A DNA stretch of 64,000 bases. Origin: Gekko japonicus. Its lineage: Eukaryota. The stretch covers positions 901,369-965,368 of the forward strand of contig NW_015175367.1 of NCBI RefSeq assembly GCF_001447785.1, read 5' to 3'. Under the pieces are notes generated by a model. The model had not been told where the DNA came from and did no database searches. It was given only the letters and a program-made list of their open reading frames with translations. Positions 35,635 through 47,600 of the stretch are shown piece by piece (position 1 is the first letter of the stretch; every line of letters starts with the position of its first letter). The translations under genes were made by a program, and so were the position numbers.

Positions 35635-38600
35635 ATGGCCGCGGCGCTGGCCGAGTCGGTTTCCAGCAGCAGTTGTAGCGTGGAAGGCGCAGCTGCGGGC
35701 GCCGGCGGCGGAGGAGGAAGCAGCAGCAGCAGCCGGCACGAGAAGAGCTTGGGGCTCCTCACCACGAAGTTCGTGTCCCTCCTGCAGGAGGCCAAGGACG
35801 GCGTGCTCGACCTGAAAGCGGTGCGGAGGGGAGGGCGGGAGCTCAGCGGGAGGCCTGGACGGGCGGGGGGAAGAAACCCAGAAACCAGGTGGTGGGATCC
35901 AGTGGGAGAATCTCTGGAATGGGATCTCGGGGAGGANNNNNNNNNNNNNNNNNNNNNNNNNNNNNNNNNNNNNNNNNNNNNNTTCGCATAGGACTAGGGC
36001 ACTGAACACAATGGGGGGTGGGGGTGGATTTGATAGAGTACATGATCAGATCTCATCCCCCAGTGGATCTTTATAGTATCCTCCCAATACTACAGCTATC
36101 TGTACTCCTTGAAAAATCACTCCTGAAGGTCAGTTGGAAATGTAGGGGGCTTCAATACAGGTTTTAATTTAACCCAATAGTTATTTCATATATACAAACT
36201 GTATATTAGAAACATTTCCATTTTATTGATACTTAGAGGGGGGATTGCTAGTCAGTGTTAAATGCTGCAGCCTTTATAGGTGAAGGGGAAGCAGTGGGAG
36301 AATCTCTGGAATGGGATCTCGGGGAGGAAAAGGCGATGCGGGGGGCGGGGACTAAACGCGAGATCTGCTTCTGTGAGCATCTTTCACTTGACTCGTTCGG
36401 GCCACGGGTAACTTCTTGTGCCTTTAGCTTTAGAGTTCTTTCGGCGTCTCTGTGCTAGAATCAGTGGGGTTTTAAAGCTTTTTAGTTGGGGGAAGCAATA
36501 GGTGTAGCTTTGTGGGAGAGGCCTGGCTCGTACAGCCCACGGGCCACACAGAAAGCCTTTACCTGTGCGAGCTTTACAGGTGCACTCAACAGTTGTGCCG
36601 TGTAAACGTGTGTGGGGTGCTTCTTGTGCACTAAGGTGATTTATATTGTAGGTCGTCTTAATGTGACTGGGGGCATATGGAAAACTTACCCAGGATGGGG
36701 CATGATCTGAGGGTCTAATTAATGGTTTAAGCAAGTTATGTGAGCAGGTGTGGGAATGAGTGATACCAGACCTTTTAATCTATAGTAGTAGAAAACAGCA
36801 AGAGTCCAATAGCATCTTAAAGACTAACAAAATTTGTGGAAGGGTATGAGCTTTCCTGAGTCACTGAAGAAGTGAGCAGTGACTCACAAAAGCTCATAAC
36901 CTGCCACAAATTTTGCTAGTCTGTAAGTGCTACTGGACTCTTGCCCTTGTCTGCGGCTACGGACAGACTAACACGGCTACCCCTCTTGATCGGTCTTTTA
37001 ATCTATAGTCTGTTTAGTTTTCTATAGTACTTCACATTTCAGTGGCTGCTTTTTCCTCTTACTGAACAGAGAGCTCAGAGTGGTTTGCCCAAGGCCACAG
37101 TGTGACTCCATTGCAGAAGTGAGACTTGAATCCAGATCTCTTAAGGTCCAAGTTTCACTGCTTGTTCGTTGGACAACAGTTGGTTCCAGTCCACAGTGAA
37201 AGCTTACCACTTTATCACAATCACTTTAATACCCCCAAGTAATTTTTTTCTCCCTGAATAATCTAAATGGGAGGGAGCTGAGATGAAGTGTGAGCTGCTA
37301 CAGACAGAGTTAACACAGCTACCCTTCTTGATCTTTCAATCTATGGCACTTGAATCAGGTTTGGGTTCAAATCTTTACTTGATTGAGAATCGGAGGGAGA
37401 GGCGCTTTCCCGAAGGCGCCTTTCCTCTATGGCCGTATAGCAACCAAGGTGCCAGTCCACTCAGAGCCCTCTCTGTGGGCACTTGTGCCATCACCCCAGC
37501 CAGGCCCAGACCATCATTAAAGTGTCGAATTCTCTGCCAAATAATTTTAAGTAAATGAAAGCATTTGGGATTGCTTTCCTCACTTTGGATCACCTTAAGA
37601 ATGTATGAGTTGTTTTTTCTAAAGTAAAACCTCAGTATTCAGGTTAAATTGCTGTGTTGGCACTTTGCGATAAATAAGTGGGTTTTGGGTCACAGTGGAA
37701 TGGGATCTCGGGGAGGAAAAGGCGATGCGGGGGGCGGGGACTAAACGCGAGATCTGCTTCTGTGAGCATCTTTCACTTGACTCGTTCGGGCCACGGGTAA
37801 CTTCTTGTGCCTTTAGCTTTAGAGTTCTTTCGGCGTCTCTGTGTTAGAATCAGTGGGGTTTTAAAGCTTTTTAGTTGGGGGAAGCAATAGGTGTAGCTTT
37901 GTGGGAGAGGCCTGGCTCGTACAGCCCACGGGCCACACAGAAAGCCTTTACCTGTGCGAGCTTTACAGGTGCACTCAACAGTTGTGCCGTGTAAACGTGT
38001 GTGGGGTGCTTCTTGTGCACTAAGGTGATTTATATTGTAGGTCGTCTTAATGTGACTGGGGGCATATGGAAAACTTACCCAGGATGGGGCATGATCTGAG
38101 GGTCTAATTAATGGTTTAAGCAAGTTATGTGAGCAGGTGTGGGAATGAGTGATACCAGACCTTTTAATCTATAGTAGTAGAAAACAGCAAGAGTCCAATA
38201 GCATCTTAAAGACTAACAAAAGTTGTGGAAGGGTATGAGCTTTCCTGAGTCACTGAAGAAGTGAGCAGTGACTCACAAAAGCTCATAACCTGCCACAAAT
38301 TTTGCTAGTCTGTAAGTGCTACTGGACTCTTGCCCTTGTCTGCGGCTACGGACAGACTAACACGGCTACCCCTCTTGATCGGTCTTTTAATCTATAGTCT
38401 GTTTAGTTTTCTATAGTACTTCACATTTCAGTGGCTGCTTTTTCCTCTTACTGAACAGAGAGCTCAGAGTGGTTTGCCCAAGGCCATAGTGTGACTCCAT
38501 TGCAGAAGTGAGACTTGAATCCAGATCTCTTAAGGTCCAAGTTTCACTGCTTGTTCGTTGGACAACAGTTGGTTCCAGTCCACAGTGAAAGCTTACCACT

Positions 38601-41600
38601 TTATCACAATCACTTTAATACCCCCAAGTAATTTTTTTCTCCCTGAATAATCTAAATGGGAGGGAGCTGAGATGAAGTGTGAGCTGCTACAGACAGAGTT
38701 AACACAGCTACCCTTCTTGATCTTTCAATCTATGGCACCTGAATCAGGTTTGGGTTCAAATCTTTACTTGATTGACCAGTGGTGGCGAACCTATGGCACG
38801 GGTGTCAGAGGTGGCACTCAGAGCCCTCTCTGTGGGCACTTGTGCCATCACCCCAGCCAGGCCCAGACCATCATTAAAGTGTCGAATTCTCTGCCAAATA
38901 ATTTTAAGTAAATGAAAGCATTTGGGATTGCTTTCCTCACTTTGGATCACCTTAAGAATGTATGAGTTGTTTTTTCTAAAGTAAAACCTCAGTATTCAGG
39001 TTAAATTGCTGTGTTGGCACTTTGCGATAAATAAGTGGGTTTTGGGTCACAGTTTGGGCACTCAGTCTCTAAAAGGTTCGCCATCACTGGCCTAGGGCAA
39101 GCTGCTATCTTTAAGTAAAATAAGACCAATTTCCTGAAGTTTTCCTGAATTTCCTGAAAGCTGTTATGCAGATATACAAGGTAAAGATTGCAAAATGCTT
39201 AAGTGCTATTCATTATCTTTCCTTGGGTAACCTGAAGAGTGAGCCTGCAATTGGAAAAACAGTACTAATGAGCCTTGTATTTACCTAAGGGAAAAATCCT
39301 GTCGATTTCAGCAGGGCTTACTGCACAATAGGAACTAAGAACATTTATTTCAAGGGTAATTTCAACACTCATTCAGCTGGCTTCTATGATCAGTTGGGCA
39401 TAATAAACTTAATTCTTTGGCTACATTCTGTGGGCTTATTCAGACTTTCACTGGGATGATCCTCATTGGGTGGTAGTGGAGTGGGAATACACTCATTCTC
39501 TATTGCATGCATGAAAATTCTTCATGCAGGGTCAATTCACACGTGTCTTTGCCTCTTCAGAAACAGGGATGGGAAGATCATGTTTATGTTCCTACATGTG
39601 GGGGAGCTGCATTACATTACTGTTTATGCAAGGTGGATGGAGTTGTGTGTGCTCATTTCCCTCGCAAGAGATGTCTTTTGCTTGTTTATTATTTGTTAAC
39701 ATCATTTATACCCTGCCTTTCTCCCCAGTGGGACCCAGTGTTTTTCTCTCCTCCGTTTCACCCTAACAACAACCCTGTGAGGAAGGTTAGGCACAGAGTA
39801 TGTGACTGGCCCAATTTTCCATGGCAGAGTGGGGTATTTGAACCTGGGTTATTTGAACCTGGGTCTCCTAGATTCTAGTCCAACATTCTAAACTCTACAC
39901 TACACTGGTCCATCTTTTCAGAAAGTTTGGTTGGTCCTAATAAAAAGATACTGCACAGCTGTTGTGGTTTGAGGGTCATTTTTTGATGTACTTATTTTTT
40001 GATGTACTGATGTGATTTGTCTATTTCAATAGTAAAACCCATATTTCTAGAGCAACACTCTGATTTTGTCATTAGACTGAAGGCAGGTATCAATTCTAAC
40101 AGCAGGACGTAGCTTCTAGGCCTGGATCTGTTATCTTATTGCATTAATAATCATATCATGACATGCCTTAGAAAGTGCTTTTTTTTTTTTTGCATTGTTT
40201 TCCAGTTCTGTAATCCTAGTCCTACCACATAGTTTATTGGGTATCTTTGCTGTCTGATTTTTAAAAAATGATTTGTACCCTATCTTGAATCTCAGCAATA
40301 AAGGACAGTTATAAACGAAGTAAATAAAATAGTTTAGTAGGCATCACCTATGTTTGTTGATATGGCTGAGTGACTTAGTTCAGGGATTCCCAAAGCTTTA
40401 GTCTCCTGCTTAGAAACCATTTAGGAGTGTACTTGATTAAATGCACTGTCCACATTACTGTTTCAGCTGGGTATAATTCATATATATTATTGATGATTTT
40501 GGCCTGTACACTGTTGTGATTGCATGTTGCATTGTGTTTTAATCACATGCCGAACTTCATGTGAATTGTCTGTAATATTTACAGTTTTTACAATTTTAAC
40601 ATAAAATGTTACATGATTTTTACGATTTTAACAGCAACTGGCCTATTAGCTGCTTTCTCCCCCCCCCCCCATGTTAATGAAAATTGGGGGGGGGAAATTT
40701 TGCCCTATGGCACTACGTANNNNNNNNNNNNNNNNNNNNNNNNNNNNNNNNNNNNNNNNNNNNNNNNNNNNNNNNNNNNNNNNNNNNNNNNNNNNNNNNN
40801 NNNNNNNNNNNNNNNNNNNNNNNNNNNNNNNNNNNNNNNNNNNNNNNNNNNNNNNNNNNNNNNNNNNNNNNNNNNNNNNNNNNNNNNNNNNNNNNNNNNN
40901 NNNNNNNNNNNNNNNNNNNNNNNNNNNNNNNNNNNNNNNNNNNNNNNNNNNNNNNNNNNNNNNNNNNNNNNNNNNNNNNNNNNNNNNNNNNNNNNNNNNN
41001 NNNNNNNNNNNNNNNNNNNNNNNNNNNNNNNNNNNNNNNNNNNTATATAAAGTATATAAAGGGGGGGAGGTTAGGGTCCCAGCCTTCGGCGGGGTGCCGT
41101 TGGTGCCTGCACGGGAGGTTAGGAGTTTGGGGGTGCTCCTGGACCCCTCGTTAACGATGGAGGCCCAGGTGGCAACCACTGCCAAGGCAGCCTTTTACCA
41201 TCTGCAGCTGGCTCGGCAGTTGGTCCCCTACCTTGACCATGATGACCTGGCCACTGTGATCCATGTGACGGTTACCTCGAGGCTGGACTACTGTAACGCT
41301 CTTTACTAAGGGCTGCCTCTGTCGCAAATCTGGAAGCTGCAGCTAGTGCAGAATGCTGCGGCCAGGCTGCTGATGGGCCTCTCTAGGCGAGACCACATCC
41401 GGCCTGTGCTGCAAGTGCTGCACTGGCTGCCGATAGCATACCAGATTCGCTTCAAAGTGCTGGTTCTCACCTTCAAAGCCCTGAATGGCTGGTGTCCAGC
41501 TTACCTAAAGGACCACCTCTCCCCATATGTTCCCCCAAGAGCACTAAGATCAGGGAGTCTCCACCTCTTGGAAGTTTCAGGCCCCTGAGATGTGAAGTTT

Positions 41601-44600
41601 GCCCCTACTAGGGCCAGAGCATTTTCAGTGGCGGCTCCTACCTGGTGGAACGAGCTCCCAGAGGAGATCTGGGCCCTGCGGGACCTTGTGCAGTTCCACA
41701 GGGCCTGTAAGACTGAGCTCTTCCGCCAAGCTTTTGAGTAGGAGCCGCCGCCGCCACTATTCCACCAGTGTGGCATTGTCCTACTGTTGTTTCCATCATA
41801 TAGGGCAACTATCGCCTGGCAGAATGTGCGTAGAACAGTGCTACTGGAGACCGCGCTAGAGACAGTTGGCCGCCGCACTGGGTTCACTGTTCTCGTCTTG
41901 GGTGATTTATATGTAGGAAGACTAGAGCACTTTAAATATTGTATGGTTTTTTTGTGTGTTTTAATGTGGCTTTGTTTTATTGTATTTTATCTATTTAATG
42001 TGGCTTTTGCCGTATGTTAGCTGCCCTGAGCCGTTGGAAGGGCGGGATATAAATCTAAAAATAAATAATTTTTTAAAAAATAAATAAAAAGTATTAAAAG
42101 TGAACATTTCTTGATAGTCTGCTGCTTCCTTGACTGCTCAGTTCCCACACTACATTGTGGGAATGTATGTATTTATGTGACTCCACAGTGTAATTTGGAA
42201 GGGGGAGCTGTATCTGCACTATACAGGAACTGGTTTCCTTAAGCAGTCTATCCGTAGCCTTGTTTGCAATATTATGTGCTTCATTTTCTTTGAACAGCCA
42301 GGAGTCTCATTTTAGCTGTCCCAAAAATCCAGAGATTGTGTCCAAATAGAAAGTGGAAAATAATTGCTAATCAGCATGAGACTCTGCAAATGCATAAAAC
42401 TTATGGGACAAAAGTTAATTTGTAGGAATTTTTAATATGGTATCAAGAAACATAGCTTTCACAGTGTAGATAAGTTTATTAGCCTTTTCCCTAGTTTTTT
42501 TAGTAGCTGGAGCTGTGCTGGAATTGAACTGATGAATTCTGTGATTCTGTGAACTGATTGATTCTGTGATTAGGAATGTGGTAATGGGGTATATAGAAGA
42601 GGAAGCCTTGCATTTTTTGTTTTTGCTGTTACCTGCCCTGAGTGTATGCATATAAACTGGATCAAAATAACTCCAAATGTGGCTTATGGTCCAGCAACAG
42701 GGGACACTTGAGAACTAATCTGCCCTGAGTCTATGCATATAAACTATGCATATAAACTAATCTGCCCTGAGTCTATGAATATAAACTGGATCAAAATAAC
42801 TCCAAATGTGGCTTATGGTCCAGCAACAAGGTACACTTGAGAACTGATTTGGAACTGAGAATCTACCTCTGAAAATTGTATTTTTTAATGTTGCTAGAAA
42901 ATGTGTTTCTCAAGTTCAAGAATAATCAAAGCTGCTATCCCTTTGTTTAGGGTTGAATAAACAAAAGGTGTTTTCAGTATTACTTTATGATCCAGTGTGA
43001 AAATGACAAAACAAATGGTCAAGGCAGCCTGCTTGGTTGCCAAGAGTCCTGGGCCCATGCCAACAGAAAAGTTTGAGGCTTGGGGCTTAGGCTGCTAATC
43101 ACGTTGTCAGTTAGTTGCATGTTGAACTCTTCTGCTGTTGGCTTTCAGCCCCATTAAGTGTGCAGTAAGACAAATTGAGAGCGCAACTCTTCCGTTTTTC
43201 ATTTCAACTTTTCTATTCCTTGTCTTCAGCACTCAGGAAGCCCATGGTTACCCCTCACAGGTGGTGCCATCTATTGAAGTCCTGTCTGAATCATCTCCCT
43301 TTGTATTGTGGTGCTATGGCAAGCCTGGTTTATTTCAGACTAGCCCACAATGAAGGTCCACTTTCATACAATGGAAGTAAACCCACAAAGGGCTTTTTTT
43401 GTTCTTGTTGAGGATACTCATTAGCACTGAGTAGAAGTACCTTTTTTCAGGGATCTCCCAAACCATGATCCTTGTGCGCTGCCCTCCCCACACAGCCAGA
43501 GAAAGAGAGTGGACCCTCACGAACAGCATAATGTAGATCTGCAGAGGGAGAGGGAATTGGTGGAAATTGGTGCAACCTTATAGATGAGTACTAGCACCAT
43601 TTTTTTAAATGAAAAAGCGCTGGGCTTATCTTCATTACACTGTTGTTGTCACCCCTCCAAGTGACCTTTCTGAAGTCATATATTTTTAGAGAATAATGTG
43701 CCGTTTTGTTTCCAGCCTTGCTCATGAAAAGCATGCCAGCCTTTTCCCCGTGCCACTGCATGTCTTGTTCTGTCTCCCCTTCTCACATGCTGACTCATGC
43801 ATGGCTAACTCCGAAAGAACTTATTCCCTTGTTGTGGGCAGCTGGGGAATTCTCTGGGTGAGCTTTGAAAAGGTCATTCTTGATAGATGGTTTGTTTGAA
43901 GGTGACTGTCCTCGTCTCACTCCAGAGAAATAGAGGGTGGTCCAAGACCTCTAATTGCACATCTGTGCCAGTGGCAAGTGGAAGATTTCCCTTTTAGATT
44001 AGTGATTAATATTCTCTAGGAACGTTGTGTAGCTTCAATGGAGCTGTTTAAGGATTCTCCCCTTTTGCCCTTCATCTGCATTTATTGTTCTTTATCTCTG
44101 TTCTGTTACCAGGCTGCTGATACTCTTGCCGTAAGACAAAAAAGGAGGATCTATGATATCACCAATGTGCTGGAAGGGATAGATCTAATTGAAAAAAAGT
44201 CAAAAAACAGCATCCAGTGGAAGTAAGATAATGTTCCGATTTTAACAGTCAGAAAATTAGTTAGACCTGTTTCTTTCAAGCTGGATGATTTTTATAACTG
44301 TTAGACATTTTGGTATTGTGAAAAGATATATGTCAATGATGGCAGATTTCTGTATCTTGGGTACCACTGTTCTTGGTTTCTTGTGTGTTTTCGGTTTAGG
44401 ACTATAACCCAAGGACTGGAAATATTCTTGCCACGGACAGAGTCCTTCCTTGGAGGTCGGGCTGTATAGTAATTATAATAAGGGACTCACAGTTACGTGG
44501 CACATTCCTTCAGTGTACCCAAACCCTCCCATAAAAAACCTGAACTGCAGTAATGTGAGTTTTCTTGGAAAATTTGAATAGTGAAAACTTCTGGAATATT

Positions 44601-47600
44601 TTTGTGATTCAAATTCAACTAATTAGTTTAGCAAAAGAAGACAAAACACACAGGGCACAAGCCTGGACCATGTACAGGAACTGGGGTTTGTCCATAACTT
44701 CATATCCTGCATTTCGCCCATCTAATATGACTGCTCTGCAGCACAACAGCCCTGACAACTACAAATAGACTGTATTTATATATCCAAAGATCAAACTTTT
44801 CCATGGAAAAAATACAGCATCAGAAAATTTTGTGTTTACAGAAGGGAAAGATCTAATTGAAAATTTTTGTGACCTGGGTCACTGAAGAGATATGACAATA
44901 GAGTGTAGATTACCTTCATCTCTTGTAATTTTGAAAACACTGGTTTTGTTGTCGTTGCAAGAGAAACTGTCAGCAGACTTCTGATCATATCTTGATTAAC
45001 ATGTGTCAGGATTGACAGATACATTTGCAATAGAGTGTAGATTACCTTCATCTCTTGCAATTTTGAAAACAGTGGTTTTGTTGTTGTTGCAAGAGAAACT
45101 GTCAGCAGACTTCTTACCATATCTTGATTAACATGTGTCAGGACTGACAGATACATTTGCCTTAGAGGGCAAGGCTACCCTATGGGCTGTCAGTGGGCCA
45201 TCTCGAATATATGTTGTTTAATTTCAGTCCAATATCCTAACCTTCAATTATCTTTAGTACACATGAATACATGAAACTGCCTTATACTGAATCATACCAT
45301 TGGTTCATGATGGTCAGTATCAACTACTCAGTACCTCTCCAAGGTTTTAGGTAGAGATCTTTTGCATCACTTACTGCCTGACCATTTTAACTGGAGATGT
45401 CAGGGACTGAACGTGAGACCTTCTGCATGCCAAGCAGAGTTTCTACCCTTGAGCCATGGCCCATCCCCTAGTACTTGCAAAATCTATTTAATCATGGGAA
45501 ATGAAGCACTAGAAACTTTCAGCATGAAGTGTGAGTGTGGCGGGTCACAAAAAGGGGAATATTGGGGCCATTGACCTTCCACTTGACCTTTTATGCATGT
45601 GGGAAACCTGAAGCACAGAGGAGTTGACTGGGCGTTACAGGTAATTTCCCATTTAGTCAGATTTGGCGGACCATAAGGAGAATCATGTGAGGGAGCTAGT
45701 GGGCTGCTTGGAGGACCACAAATGGATGTACAATTAAATGTTGGTGCTGCAACATGGAAAGCTTTTATTACTGTTATTTTTATAGCACTGTTGATTGGTT
45801 ATTCCACCCTGTGAAATGTAAGGATTTGCTCTGTGTAATCCACCTTGAGCCCCAGTGAGAAAGACGGACTCTAAATAAATACCTAGGGTTGTAATTCCAA
45901 TTGGTGAGTTTTATAGTTACCTATCTCATTTGCCTCTTTGACACTAGTTACTTTCCAGCTCCACATTATTGTTAGCTATCAAGGTAAACAAATAACTGTG
46001 TACAAGTTTAAGTAACACATAGAGGAACAGTAGTTGAAGCATGAAGAGAACTGTCTTTTCTAAAATGCTGTTACTGTTAAATAAGATGAGGCTGGAGCTG
46101 TGAAAGTTAGTGCCTCTCTGGTATTCTATCAAAGTGGTAGAAACAAGGAGCTAATAGACATTGTTCCAGTTAGTAGCTTTCCATTTAGAATCAAAATGTC
46201 ATTGTACTTTGACTCAGGGCATACTTTGTAGTTTTCAAGCCTAATGCTTCACCCTCACTTTGATAATGTTCCTTTTTTAAAAGGAAAAAGTATTGCCTTG
46301 GCTCTTGCATAAATGCTGTAGGAAATTAATGGGTTGGATCTTATGCACTGGTCAAAGTGATTTTTTTCCACATTATCCTTTCTGCAGCAGCCCCCTGTGA
46401 TCCCCTGGATCCCCCCCCCCCCACATAATGGTAGGGGCTGGGGAATCCATGTGGAAAATAAACCCTATAGTACAGGTGAAGAGAGAGACGTGGCAAAATT
46501 GCTTTCCCTGTCTCTTTGTTGGTAATGTTTCTGCTAGTGCTAAATTCTCCTGCTGTGAAATGCAGAGAGGGTCACTTACACCAATTGCACCTCCTCACTG
46601 CAGTTTCCCATGTTATGTGACGGTTTGTCCATATGAGTTACCCAGCCGACTGGCATTATGTTTTGGGGCTGATAGGGGAAGGCAGGAAGAAGACTACCCT
46701 TCTGGAGCCTTCTGCTGGAGGTTTGTAAGAGTCAGCCCATAGCCTTCTTACTATGCTATTTTAACCCTTTTGAATCCACATTGCTCATTTATAATAGTAT
46801 TACATTTTATGTTTCTTTCAAAGAGGTGTAGGTGCTGGCTGCAATACAAAGGAAATCGTAGATCGATTAAGGTATCTCGAAGCAGAAATTGAAGATCTGG
46901 AACTAAAAGAAAAGGAGCTGGATCAGCAGAAATTGTGGTTACAGCAAAGCATTAAAAATGTTAAAGAAGACTCCACAAATAAAAGATATCCTTTAAACAT
47001 ATGCTGTGTAATTCTTAGAAATGGCATTATGAGGAACAACCCTTTAGTAAAACTAAACACACAGAAAAAGGAAGCTGGATTACTTGAGATAATGTGATGT
47101 TTCTTAACTGGTAGTTTGAGATTTTTTTGCCAGCATCTCATAGAAGTTTTTAGGTTGACTGCCAGGCTGCTGATTTGTCCAGTAGAATATAAGGAAAATA
47201 CACTACAAGTTACAGCGAGAACAAAGGAATAGACATCTTTAAGGGGGATTCATGGAGGATAGATCTATCAGTGGCTACTAGCCATGGTGACTGAGGGAAA
47301 CCTCCATGTTCTGAGGAAGAAGAAGAAGAAGAGATTGGATTTATACCCCGCCCTTCACTTGGAGTCTCAGAGCGGCTTACAAACTCCTTTCCCTTCCCCT
47401 CCCCACAACAGACACCCTGTGAGGTGGGTGGGGCTGAGAGAACTCTGACACAAACTGCTCTTTTTCAAGGACAGCTGTGCCAGAGCTTGTGACTGACCCA
47501 AGGTCACATCAGCAGGTGCAAGTGGAGGAGCGGGGAATCAAACCTGGTTCTCCCAGATTAGAGTCCGCACACTTAACCACTACACCAAACTGGCACAGAG

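Noticed and set aside
40613-41309. Long ORFs spanning the N run
   Set aside because: Artefacts of the assembly gap; the real part is LINE RT sequence.
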